Shown: positions 55,501-64,000 of the stretch, one piece after another
Position numbering within the stretch: position 1 is the first letter of the stretch
Layout of the letters: each line of letters opens with the position of its first letter
Source of the DNA: Macrostomum lignano
Taxonomy: Eukaryota
Length of the DNA: 64,000 nt
NCBI GenBank assembly: GCA_002269645.1
Contig: NIVC01002802.1
Location: 75,386-139,385 of the forward strand
Direction of reading: 5' to 3'
Translations under genes and position numbers: made by a program
Notes under the pieces: generated by a model
The model's database searches: none
What the model saw: only the letters and a program-made list of their open reading frames with translations
What the model was told of the DNA's origin: nothing

Positions 55501-57645
55501 CGGGCCCAACCCGTCCCTGGACGACGTTTGCCGGCCCGAGAACATCCCACGGCTCATCCGGTTCCTCCGGGCCACCAAGCGAGCCTCCGTCTTCCCCACC
55601 GAAGACAACGCTGCAGACAGGACCGGCAGACCTCCCTGACCGGCCCCGCGCCCTAGCCTATGCGGGTCTTTCAGGGATTAGCGGAATGGGCGACGCTCGC
55701 CTCCCCGCTGCGTCTTCGGACCGCCCTGCAGCTAAGTCAAGTAAGTCAAAGTCACTGAAATGAAAAATAATATTTTAGTTGCATTTCAGTTAGCATTTTT
55801 AAGAAACTAATTGTCATTTTGGACCACGTTTCAGCCTCGTGCGGGAGATACAAATACCTGCGTCGTTTCAATTCCATTCTTATCAACACTTCAATCAGCA
55901 CCGAACTCGTCAACCTGACCGGGATGAACTCCGATCAAAGCTGTATTTACTCTTGCAAGCTAAAAGAATGCGCCATAGTTGTCGTCATGACAACCGCTAG
56001 CCTGTGCCAACTAGTTATCGTTAGAGACGCTTCGAAAACACCCGGACCACCTGATAGCCACGTGGAACGAATAATTGGAGCGGAACCGGGCGCCAGGATG
56101 TGGACAGTGGATGGATTCGAAAAGCTGCTTAGAAGGAGACAGATTAATCTGACATCTCTAGCTTTCGAAAATAGGAAAAAGTTTGAAAGTAAGTCGCGCA
56201 GCAAACTCAAGCAGTAGCATTCAAAATTCTTATAACAACAAAAAACGTGTTAAAGGAAGCGGAGCGCCACACGACCCCAATGCATTCACAATTGGCCAGT
56301 GTGTTGTTGTGCGATTCAGAACTATGAGGGCTGACCCCGGGCGTAGAGATGTAGAGGAGTGTACATGCCAGACAGGACTAGAACGTCAGGGGTCAGCAGA
56401 ATTGGAAGAATTGACTCAGCATTGAATTAGGGACGATGTCGCCCTAGGCGTTACGTCAGGGTGGACGTTATTCCGTCATGAAATTGTTATAAATATAGAT
56501 TAAGGGCCACGTCAACTGAAGCTACAGAATAGGAATCCTAAGTAGAGTTCCGGACTAAACCGGTTTACTCTCGTAGCCTTTAGTCTCACGCGCACTTTTC
56601 CTGCAGACAGCAACACGGGCAGGAGCGGCTCTGTTCAGTTCGCTCTGATCAACGTCACCGGCTGCTACCGCCTCGAGGCGACCGGAGCCAAAGGCGGTAA
56701 AATTCCTTCACAAAATAAAGGCGGATATGGAGCTGTGATTAGTGGCAGATTTAATCTACAAGCTGGTATCTCACTAAATATTGTTGTTGGACAAGCGGGA
56801 GGTGGAGGAGGCAATGCAGATAATGATGCTCGAGGCGGCGGCGGCGGCAGCTTTGTGTACAGAGCTGCGGACAGCCAACTACCACTCATCGTGGCTGGCG
56901 GAGGAGGCGGGGCTGGATTCGGAAAACCAGGTAAGAGAAAATTTATAGACTATTTATTATAGACTGGAGTTCAATTTTAATATCTTAATAGTGTTTCTCT
57001 TAGGGCTAGTTCATTTCTGGCTGTAGTGCCAAGGTAACCAGGCCATATTAATTAGCCTTAGGTACTTTTCGTGCGATCCATGCGCATGAGGTACGTCTCA
57101 CCTTTAAGGCTTGGGCTGTACATGCCTTTAACTAACTCCCTAATTATTGTACAGGCTGCCAAGGGGAGCCAGGCCTGAACGCGAGCAATGCTAATGATTA
57201 TCGCCCTGAGACGTTTGGTTTCGGAGGCGTCAACGGGAATCCTGGAAGTAATGATCCCAGCAACACGCCTTCTGATAGCTACCACGGCGGCTGCGGCGCC
57301 GGCTGGCTAAGAAGGGCCGTCAACCAGAGGCAAAGTGGCAAAGACGGAGAGCGAGGCGGCGGTCTGGCCGAAGTCTGGGTCGGAGGTCACGGCGGCGGCA
57401 ACGGAAACGATGGCGGTTTCGGCGGAGGCGGAGGAGGCGGAAGAAGCGATTCAATTCGCAAAGGAGCTGCCGGTGGAGGAGGCGGCTATAGCGGAGGCGG
57501 CGCCTCTCTGAACGGAGGCTCCGGCGGAGGCGGAGGCGGCTCGTTCTGCGGCGGAGTCCAGTGTTCTGATGGCGGCACTTCGGACAGGGATCATGGCAAA
57601 GTTGTACTGGAGTTGATCGCCCCGTTTGCTGACAGCTGCGAGTGA
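49525..57645 (+). CDS. Secreted protein: signal peptide, Cys-containing PAN/Apple-like module, ALK/LTK-type glycine-rich domain (no TM or kinase)
   Basis: All-phase-1 exons 49525-49588 (MLLTRPILGVFLIFSLGRNAD), 55835-56188, 56607-56930, 57155-57645. TGCYRLEATGAKGG, LNIVVGQAGG, GGGGGSFVY, PLIVAGGGGG, GGFGGGGGG, GGGGGYSGG, GGGGGSF; AATAAA at 57655. Confidence 0.85.
49913..50151 (+). ncRNA. HDV-like self-cleaving ribozyme at the retrotransposon 5' end
   Basis: P1 GCACGCG (49913-19)/CGCGUGU (50108-14) with G1.U wobble; P2 CCCAG (50090-94)/CUGGG (50147-51); P3 GGG (50095-97)/CCC (50105-07); L3 UACUCGU; P1.1 AC/GU (50099-100 with 50115-16); P4 hairpin 50117-50142; J4/2 CAGA with candidate catalytic C at 50143. 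Confidence 0.85.
50403..51932 (+). CDS. Retrotransposon ORF1 (509 aa; basic disordered N-terminus, central domain resembling LOA-type ORF1, no CCHC knuckle)
   Basis: Long ORF directly upstream of ORF2; central region aligns by eye with the ORF1 remnant of the second element. Confidence 0.9.
   Translation: MATNATIPKETDPVASGSPGSAAPVATTGSTNAQPGPTGPADAAADHPGRQSSRPRTAESRRQRNIRRNRKRQEKRAAAASEEGTQAAVRPSGATAAGRPSGESGGAAGPSGTAVSSGSQGGNPAGLPPSKDKAAPLKTSESYASKVKQPLQPAVMILGGDFDLTPEQLDVAWRTIDEGLLNLTLEGVFVDIVKSTKANGCILLWCKSEESTQLLRDQLPKFDWHSDLGQLTFALESERPKTIRHRIWVPADSAIKSGEQLRQLLLKRHPDLDASGLVYHSTVRKGTTGATVILGLTEGWAKRLPHGTNLHLGLHQLTILRCEEGKVETKKDGKRAAPGAGAHAPPAKRQQQPDPEPNKAIRAAESASRGRRPARSSRRSGLIQRALDEAQSLRLHLEQTRAARKNTESQPRELDDGTAQPSNWWDYHQEDAAGRAQTPDGGAQGEGSSRTPVAGEEGGVARLGDSPAVGAVSASAAAGEAAEPEPMEIGDSTLTDEAENELLFSSPGQ
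51935..55639 (+). CDS. Retrotransposon ORF2 (1234 aa): APE endonuclease, reverse transcriptase, RNase H, C-terminal CCHC
   Basis: LIQEPW, GDINAH, SDHKFI; [35 protein letters not shown]; [38 protein letters not shown]; CPFC..EDAMHFVCYCP. Confidence 0.97.
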   Translation: MTVSQGIHCLQVNLQHSIAASVNLLKHTDQYVPGIILIQEPWTLRGSPQHVPTGYQCLTAGTREGNLAPRSCIMVSSSINAWLRSDLSTRDICVIQSEDILPGRTTLIASVYLPGDGEMIPVELVTLVELCSTRNYELLVAGDINAHHTHWGSSDINQRGEDFLAYIATTTLEFCNSGSTPTFNNGRRSEVLDATLATPRLFQSTREWRVLPEASLSDHKFISFTLASARNAGQLYWKRNARNTDWTAFRLALEETYRCTSAPVSINTCEEADEFAAALTDSLTAAFEASCPLKAYKGKQSAPWWNPQLGDLRRRAKRLHRRAQKTKNPADQTAYLNSIHEFKRQVRNAKTNKWREYCEELEGSRPTSRIVKALTLDKMSKLSSVKRADGSLTENPGETLEAMLTAFFPNEPARPGPPDHSVGGHVLADSIITEDRVTKAVSSFKPFKSPGPDGVVPAFLREAVKCTGFLRNLCRLLKACIVLGFVPKSWTEAKVVFIPKPGRPDYRSIKSFRPISLTSSLVKLLERLVLWRLLSVELKNKPLSENQHAFRAGRSTESALHVLVDMLEKAVLGNGYALAVFLDIVGAFDNVLFEAFDRALRARGTHSHLTRWIMYMISHRTATAHLLGHQRTVTVCKGSPQGGVLSPVLWNMVIDELLQDSHLDPILKVGYADDVTAVASGPSPETLRDLLQNFIRSAERWADRCGLRLSETKTVAIMFTSRVNWRIRPLKLYGVEIPSCKQTKCLGVTLDHRLSWSTHVQAKTKKALAILAQLRRAVGTTWGLTPKRLWWIYTAMVRPAVTYAGLVWTSALQIKTCHEALKKVQGRACRMILNAPLSAPFDGLNAFLCLPPLDIFVRREAAKTTRRLIEAGVSFKPQRAMAKRKLLPHSDLCLKVLEESGSAAVLSDAEPRSLNLYQRFKVTIPSRENANDSWAPQEVHCFTDGSSKDGLSGFGVCILINGRVIATHAQHTGRLSSVFQNEVLAISSCAAELHRKDFKDRRIFFHSDSQAALQALCHTTTNSRTVRDCIGQLNKLARRNTVRLTWIPGHAGFKGNELADSLAKAGCSGSPLGPVPLAPIPATVINRQINDWADILHLRRWDGISNCRQSRAAVPNPSLKLRRILLNQNRKDIRALTMTFTGHGCFARHCFLRCVRRSELCPFCSLENEDAMHFVCYCPAFNRDRLNHLGPNPSLDDVCRPENIPRLIRFLRATKRASVFPTEDNAADRTGRPP

Positions 57646-58437
57646 TTTGTCGAAAATAAAACTTGCAAACTAAGGAACTTGAACAATGAAAGCACTCTTT
57701 ACGGTCGAGATTACTATCGGTAAGATTTACTTGTCAAAGGAACTATACTGACCAAAAATAAACCATGCATCAACTGGGAATATTCCCGAATACAACTATT
57801 GTTTACGAAAGATATGAAACTGTTTGTCTTTAGACGATTTTTAATCAAAAGTACATGAAGTGTAGTTTCTGTGAAACGGCTGCGCATCTACATCATAACT
57901 ACTTAACTACTGTTAGTAGTAGCTTCGTTTGCAGACCCAAATTTCTATCAATTTTTCCGATTGACGAGCGTAAACTGCCAAAGCAAGTAAGCTTTTATTG
58001 AAGCAAAGTTAAAAAACTGAATGTAAGACTACATTTACAGAATTGCCTAAACTGCTAAGCGTGATGCCACAAAAGCCAATATATAAAAAATAAGTTCAAT
58101 TTTCAAAAGCAATTATGACACTAAAAGCAAAGCAAGATCAGTGCATCCAAAGTATTTCTAATTAAAATCTGATTCTAAAAGCAAATCTACGAACGAAATA
58201 CGATACGAACGGTAAAAAGCGTCTCTCTCTTTCTCCACGAACTAATGAATGACGTCACAGACGTCAAAGGCGCTATATCAAGCTACTCATGTTTCGCCTA
58301 GTGCGCTGAATTTTGCTAAATTCAAATTGCGCTTTCTGTCAATGAGAGAACATTCCACGTGTTATTACATGTGGTTTCCAATCAAGCTGTTACTATTGAC
58401 TCTTCGCGTTCGGCCACCGATCGCAATTCTCTTCAAG

Positions 58438-61042
58438 TTATTTCTTTTCAACGGAGTTAACATCGATGTCCTTGCGACTTGGCGAAGAGTTTGTGTTGTT
58501 GTTCGAGCCTCCGTTGCTCGTAGCCGAACTATCACGTCCAACTGTTTCAACTGGCGGCATGCCGCTGCCACCTGCCGCGCTCATGGAAACCTGATGCCCA
58601 CCGACTGGACTGGAGCAGGACTCAACTCGGGTGGTTGGGATTTCCTCGGCTATGGCAAATTTTCCGCTATGAGAGCCGCAATTTTCAGCCGACATCTCGT
58701 CGAACTTGTGCTGATCAGTAATAGACTGCAGCGACGATGGACAGCCGGGCATGCAGGGAAGCGAGTCCTCAAAGCCGAGCTTGTTGAGCAGCCAATAAGT
58801 AGTCATCCTGGTTTTGCCCTGGGATCAATAGAAAAAAATTAATAGAGAAAAATTGAATTTCTCAGAAAGAAATCGGCTTGAAAATTCACCTTCACTTCAA
58901 TAATCCCGCGCTCCTTGATAACATAGCTGGAATCGTTGATGATGTAATTCCTGGCTGCTTCCGTCATCTGGATTGCGTTGCCTTTAAGAGGGATTAGGAA
59001 TAACGAAATATGTTACTCGAAGTTGCTTACGAAAGTTAAGTCCTACAGCACTTACCTCGGCCATTGGTTTCCATTCGGCTTGAAGTATTAACAGTGTCAC
59101 CGAACAAACAGTAGCGAGGCATTTTAGAACCAACCACTCCTGCGACTACCGGACCTGCAAAAAAGTATGTAGCAATCAAATTTCAACGCTAAAATTTTCC
59201 AGTCTGAAGCATCTCAATGAGATGAAACTTGCCCGAGTGCATTCCGCCTCGAAGCTGCAGCTTGTGTCCGGGCATGTGCTTGATCTCGATGTGGCCAGTG
59301 TGGTGCAGCAGGTCGAGGCCCATGCGACAGATCTCGTCAGTGTGTCGATTTCCGATACGAGTTGGAACGCCTGCGGTAATTAATTATACATGCAGTGAGT
59401 ACAACTAAAAGTTGTTTCGGGGAGTATACTCAAACTTTTACGCCAAATAAAGTTCAGTCAAACCTACCACTAGCCACCATGTAGGAATCGCCAATTGTTT
59501 CAACCTTGTACACATTGTAGAGGCATATTCTGGAGTCAAAGCAACTGTAAACAGCGTTGAGCATGTCAACTATTTGAATTGGCGCGCTCTCCGATACTAA
59601 AGCAGCGAAGCCAATCAGATCGCTGAAGAATATCGTAGATTGGTCGAAACTTTCAGCTGCAATGTTTTTTCCACGCTTAAGCTGCTCAGCAACGCTTCGA
59701 GGGATCATTTGGTAGAGCAGCTCGTTCGTTCGCTGACGCTCGTTGTTGAGATGATTCGTCTGCGTTGCCAGGGTTAAAGCGTAGGACTGAACATCCGACA
59801 TCACAGCCTGGATGGTAATAACGATCAATGGCAAACCAAGATGGTGATGCACAGAAAGCTGATTGTCACGGACAGATCTGCTATATCGTCCTGGCCGAAT
59901 CTTTCAGATCCAGAATCACAGATTCTACAAGCCTCAATTGCACTTCCAGAATAGCATCCATGTAGATTGTCATATTGTCGAACCATTTCGTCGACAATAC
60001 GCTAGATTTTCTTGTCAAATTCTTGTATAGAATCTCCGCTCTCATGACCGTCAGGCTTTTCTCCACCGGATGACTTGATTTATTTAGCGCCCTAGCCAGA
60101 TTGATGGTCACCTCTTCCGAGTAGAGACTAGCGGCTTTCCGGTTGCTGGTACTGACAAAGTGCTTCTGCAGGTACCATTGATAGTCAGCATGGCCGCGGA
60201 AGCTCCCATTTGAGAAGAAAACAGCTCCAAGAGAGCGTTCAACGCCCATGTTCTCTTTGCAGATAACAAGCATAACATAAGCAACCATCTTTCGCCAGAG
60301 TGAGCCATCCCGGGACTTTTGAATAGCAGTGTAAACCCAATCAATGAACACCTGTGTCAGTTCGGAATAGAACCTGATTTCCCGCGTACAGGCTGGTTTT
60401 GAAGTGGTCTAATTCTCTTCTATGCTTGCTTAATTCTTCCATGAAATTTTCCCGACTACGAAATGTGTCCTTGTGGTGCAACAACTGCTTCTGTTGCAGC
60501 TCTTGTCTTAGGGATAAGGAATACTGGCTTGGCCATACCGACAACTGCAGCAGAGCTCTGTCCGTCTCCGGGTACCGATCGGTCATGATCATGCGGGTCT
60601 CGGAGCTGCCGCTGCCGCAAAACAGCGCCGTCATGTCTCTTTCCCGTTGAAGCGCGTGAATAACCTGGCCAGTCTCCATCACGAATCGCATGGACTGTCG
60701 TACGGCCGCGTTCAGATCGTTCCGCTGACTCACAGCGGTCATTTCGCTGATGGTGATGCAGCCTAGAGCGATGATTGGTACAAGGATGAGGATCATGATC
60801 TTGGCCATCTGCTTGCGCTTGCCGCTGCGAGTCAGCGGGTTGCCATGGCACAATCGACCTAGACAGCCTCTGTCGGCGCTACTACTGCTGCTGCGAGAGG
60901 CACTGCGTCGATGCTTTTTGCCTAATTTTTCAATATTTTTCAGCGCCGTGGTTGTGCCCTGGCTCGCGGTGGACGATGACGAGACGTATGACTGGGCGCT
61001 GTCAGCGCGATGCTGCTGCTGATCGGCCTCGTTAGCCACCAT
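58438..61042 (-). CDS. Membrane guanylyl cyclase with NIT-like (nitrate/nitrite-sensing type) sensor between two TM helices; reading frame broken by three 1-nt indels
   Basis: TM1 [15 protein letters not shown]; [12 protein letters not shown]; TM2 [20 protein letters not shown]; coiled coil [11 protein letters not shown]; [57 protein letters not shown]. Exons 61042-59468 (indels about 60382, 59894, 59831), 59370-59233, 59154-59056, 58981-58890, 58818-58438. Confidence 0.9.
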
Positions 61043-62548
61043 TCTCGCGCTCTGAAGGAGGATGAGTGAGAGCTGGGTTCCTGACGGCAAGTCTTTGCTC
61101 CTGTATATATATATAAGCCTTAAGCCTTTGCGGCTTTAACTGATGGGTAACACACCCCTGTCTGTGTGTGCTCACAACAATCGAACAGCTCTTTGAATTT
61201 ATTGTGTCTTTCGGAGGTTCCTTTGAACGGCACACGAAGCGCGTTGTTGCTTCTACATCGGGCAACAGAAGCAAAGTGTAGCGCGTTGCCAATTAATTAT
61301 CTGGAGATGATTAACTCACCCAGAGATGATTCTCTGCAATCTGAGGATTGGGTAAAGTTGCTAATTGCTTTTCACTTCCCCCGAGGAGGAAGTCCCTCCA
61401 CAGAGGCCGACAAACAGGGCGATTTAATTATCCTGTGCTCCAGTCACGAAGCCCAGTGTTGTCCACTTCTTGCACCGCTTGAATACCCTCGACTCGCGCC
61501 CGATTATGGAATTTTTCCACCTGTTTTTCAGCCGCGCTTTCATCATAGGCGCAGATTTGCAGGCAAATTGGGCTAATTGTGGAGAGCTAGCTGATTCTGT
61601 TAGCTAGTAATTGGTCGCGTGTCCGGTTTAATAATGCATGGTTAAATTATAGATTCGGCCAGCCTCGTTTTACGCGGCATATTTTTTTTTCTAAGGTTTC
61701 TGGAGCGACATGCATTTTAAGCACGTAAAAAAGGGACTCAAAAAAGATTGACGTTTTCGTTCGAACCTGATTATTATTACTTTGCATCCTTATTTAGTAT
61801 TGCTTGATGACTTTACCAGGTAAGAAAAGACAACTGTACAGATTAGTTATAGTTACTTAGAGTCGGTGCTTATTAAAATGATAGCTCTCGCAGGTTGGTT
61901 GTATTCATGCAAACACGATGGGATTTTGTCTTAACAACGCTTGAGCTCAGGCTTGCTCAAATTATTTTGGGGGTAGGGTAAAGTAAGGGGATTTGTAAAT
62001 TGAGTAGCATGCAACCCATTATTAATAAAGAAATCTGAGTGACTGAACAAATGAATGCGAGAAATATTAAAGCAATCGGACGCATGCGTGGAAAGAGAGA
62101 GAAACTCAGTTTCCTGTACCTGTACTATCAAATGAATTTCAAGGTGTTGTCTGTTTTATATAAGCGTAACTCCACAGGTTACTGCCTGTATGTGTGATTA
62201 AGATAGACTGATGCTAGTTCGCAGAAGTGACAGAAAGATTAACTAGCTAACAGCATCCACAGGTCTATACTTGCTAATCAGTTAGCTGGTGTTTCAGTGC
62301 GATACCAGCTACCTAAATAGCAATTCCCGAATTACCATCAAAGTTTACTTCCTCTTCCAGCGAGTTTTCTTCACGTTTAAACTATAATTGCCGAGTTAAT
62401 CTAGTTCAGCTGTTACAACCGGCTCTCGATAGAGCTACTCTGCAGAGCCCGCACGGGTCGCTCTCTTGAGTTTGAATTTCGTCATCGTTGTAGTCCTCGT
62501 CGACGCTACTAGCCGCGGGACAGTCGTCATAGTCGATGTCATCGAAAG

Positions 62549-63510
62549 TCACGAAGCCTGACTGAAGAGGACATGCCCGCGACTTCGGCGGCCGTGGCAG
62601 TCACGACAATCAGGGAGCCCTTGGACGAGACCTCGTCGCCTGTGGGAGCTACGACGTTCTCGCTGATGCCGACGCCCTGCCGCTGCCCAAACGCGTCGTC
62701 TTCGTAGCTCCGCGTTTAACAGAGCTCCGGCTACTAGCATGGCAACGATCGATAGGGCTATTGTCAGCGCCCAAACTAAGGCGCACACTATGCGACTGAT
62801 ACTTCCAGTTTCAGTCGTTGTGGCAGCCAGACCTTTGACTGGTCGTCTCGGCCTCTGCTGTTGGCCCCTACCAACCACGGGCTCCGTTGACCGTGGAATC
62901 TCCTCATCAACGCCGGCTGGCCGACTGCAGACGGCAAACACGCGACTGTAGGCAGTTTGGCCGGGTGAGCACAGAATGCTCTGCGCTCTCGGTGTACTGG
63001 TTTCCGATCGAAAGTTTGCGCCGAGAAGTGTGAGACAGATCGGATCGGATCGGGGTCTCCACTGGTCGAAGATGTCTGGCGTCTGGACTAGTAAGCAGAC
63101 GGCGAGTCGCTCATTTGGCCGGTCGCTGCGATGCGCCTGAAACAGGGCAGGCGTAAGAGGTTTTCTAGCCGAGTCTCCAGCTCCGGCTGCATCCCCTCGG
63201 TAGAAGCGGAGCTGTCTTTGTCTAGTCCAGACACGCGAAACAGATCGTCGAAGCCTGCTCGCTTGCAGTCGGATTCTAGGCGTTGAAGGCAGTCGGTCAC
63301 TTGCATAAGGGTCAGCTGCTTACTGTCTGAAGATGAGGCTGCAACCGACGGTTCGTGGATAGCGGGCAGGGTGGCCAGGTCTAGATGATTGTAGCGGAAC
63401 TTTGGCGAAGCTTCAGGCGGTCGGGCAGACGACACTGAAGCTGCTGCCAGGACGTAGGCAAGTACAAGCAGCGAGAGCAGCAACAGTGGAAATTTTTGCA
63501 TCGGCCTCAT
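62549..63510 (-). CDS. Putative type I membrane protein (signal peptide, Cys-containing ectodomain, TM, basic tail), split over two frames
   Basis: 63510-63088 starts with a hydrophobic signal (FPLLLLSLLVLAYVLAAASVSSA); a second frame open from about 63320 to 62549 carries TM IVCALVWALTIALSIVAMLVAGALL then RRRR. Confidence 0.5.
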
Positions 63511-63826
63511 CTTCGAAGCACAAAACTATCTCTAGTCGAGCACTTGAGGCTTGTCCTTTTTCGTTAAAATAATTGCTCGCGTCGCTCAAAGGTGAGTTGA
63601 GTTGAGACGGAGGATTCTTTTATCGTTCCGCCTCGCTGCCATTTGACACGTGGCGCTGTCTCCTCGCTAGAGAGAGAGAGAGACGGATAGCAATAACGAA
63701 GAGGACAGTCCGCTGATCAAAAACAGATCAAGTATCGCGTGACTGCAGGCGATAAAAGATTAGTAGAGTTAGATATCGAGTGAATATTAGGAGGCCGAGC
63801 GCGATCACGGTCCTATTCTGGAGAAA

Positions 63827-63862
<36 letters not shown>

Positions 63863-64000
63863 ACGGCGCGAGGTGTCAAAAGAAATGAGGCAAATAAAAA
63901 TATTTCGGGGCTTCAAAGCTGAAGGCTGGTTGGCTGCGCACATCTTCCATTGGTTGGGTGGACGATGAACTTTTTTGCCACCTCTCACGGTGGCTCCTCC

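Larger units (their letters stand above)
49913..55749 (+). mobile_element. Full-length, apparently intact LOA/R1-group non-LTR retrotransposon in intron 1 of the host gene (sense)
   Basis: 13-bp TSD AGTCACTGAAATG at 49900-12 and 55750-62; 490-nt 5' UTR, ORF1, ORF2, structured 3' UTR, TAAGTCAAGTAAGTCAA tail. Confidence 0.96.

Noticed and set aside
58249-58842. 197-aa plus-strand ORF
   Set aside because: Antisense to the last cyclase exon; no motifs.

Overview
Eukaryotic (invertebrate) genomic DNA rich in minisatellites; the repeat style and gene set suggest a flatworm such as Macrostomum, but that is inference. Reconstructed spliced genes: the 5' part of talin (minus, 9 exons, continues past the left edge), a Cad87A/CDH23-like cadherin with 13 EC repeats and two candidate PDZ-type tails (minus), a secreted PAN-like + ALK/LTK-type glycine-rich protein (plus), and a NIT-domain guanylyl cyclase (minus, three 1-nt frameshifts). 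There are also two orphan ORFs. Mobile DNA: two diverged LOA/R1-group non-LTR retrotransposons (APE-RT-RNase H) with target-site duplications, two CORE-type tRNA SINEs, hAT-like MITEs, a Helitron-like element and an RTE relic. Best finding: the full-length retrotransposon at 49913-55749 begins exactly with a complete HDV-like self-cleaving ribozyme fold. It also has a strong 3' splice acceptor 2 nt before its ORF1 ATG, in frame with the host gene's signal-peptide exon. All structures and gene models were derived by eye.
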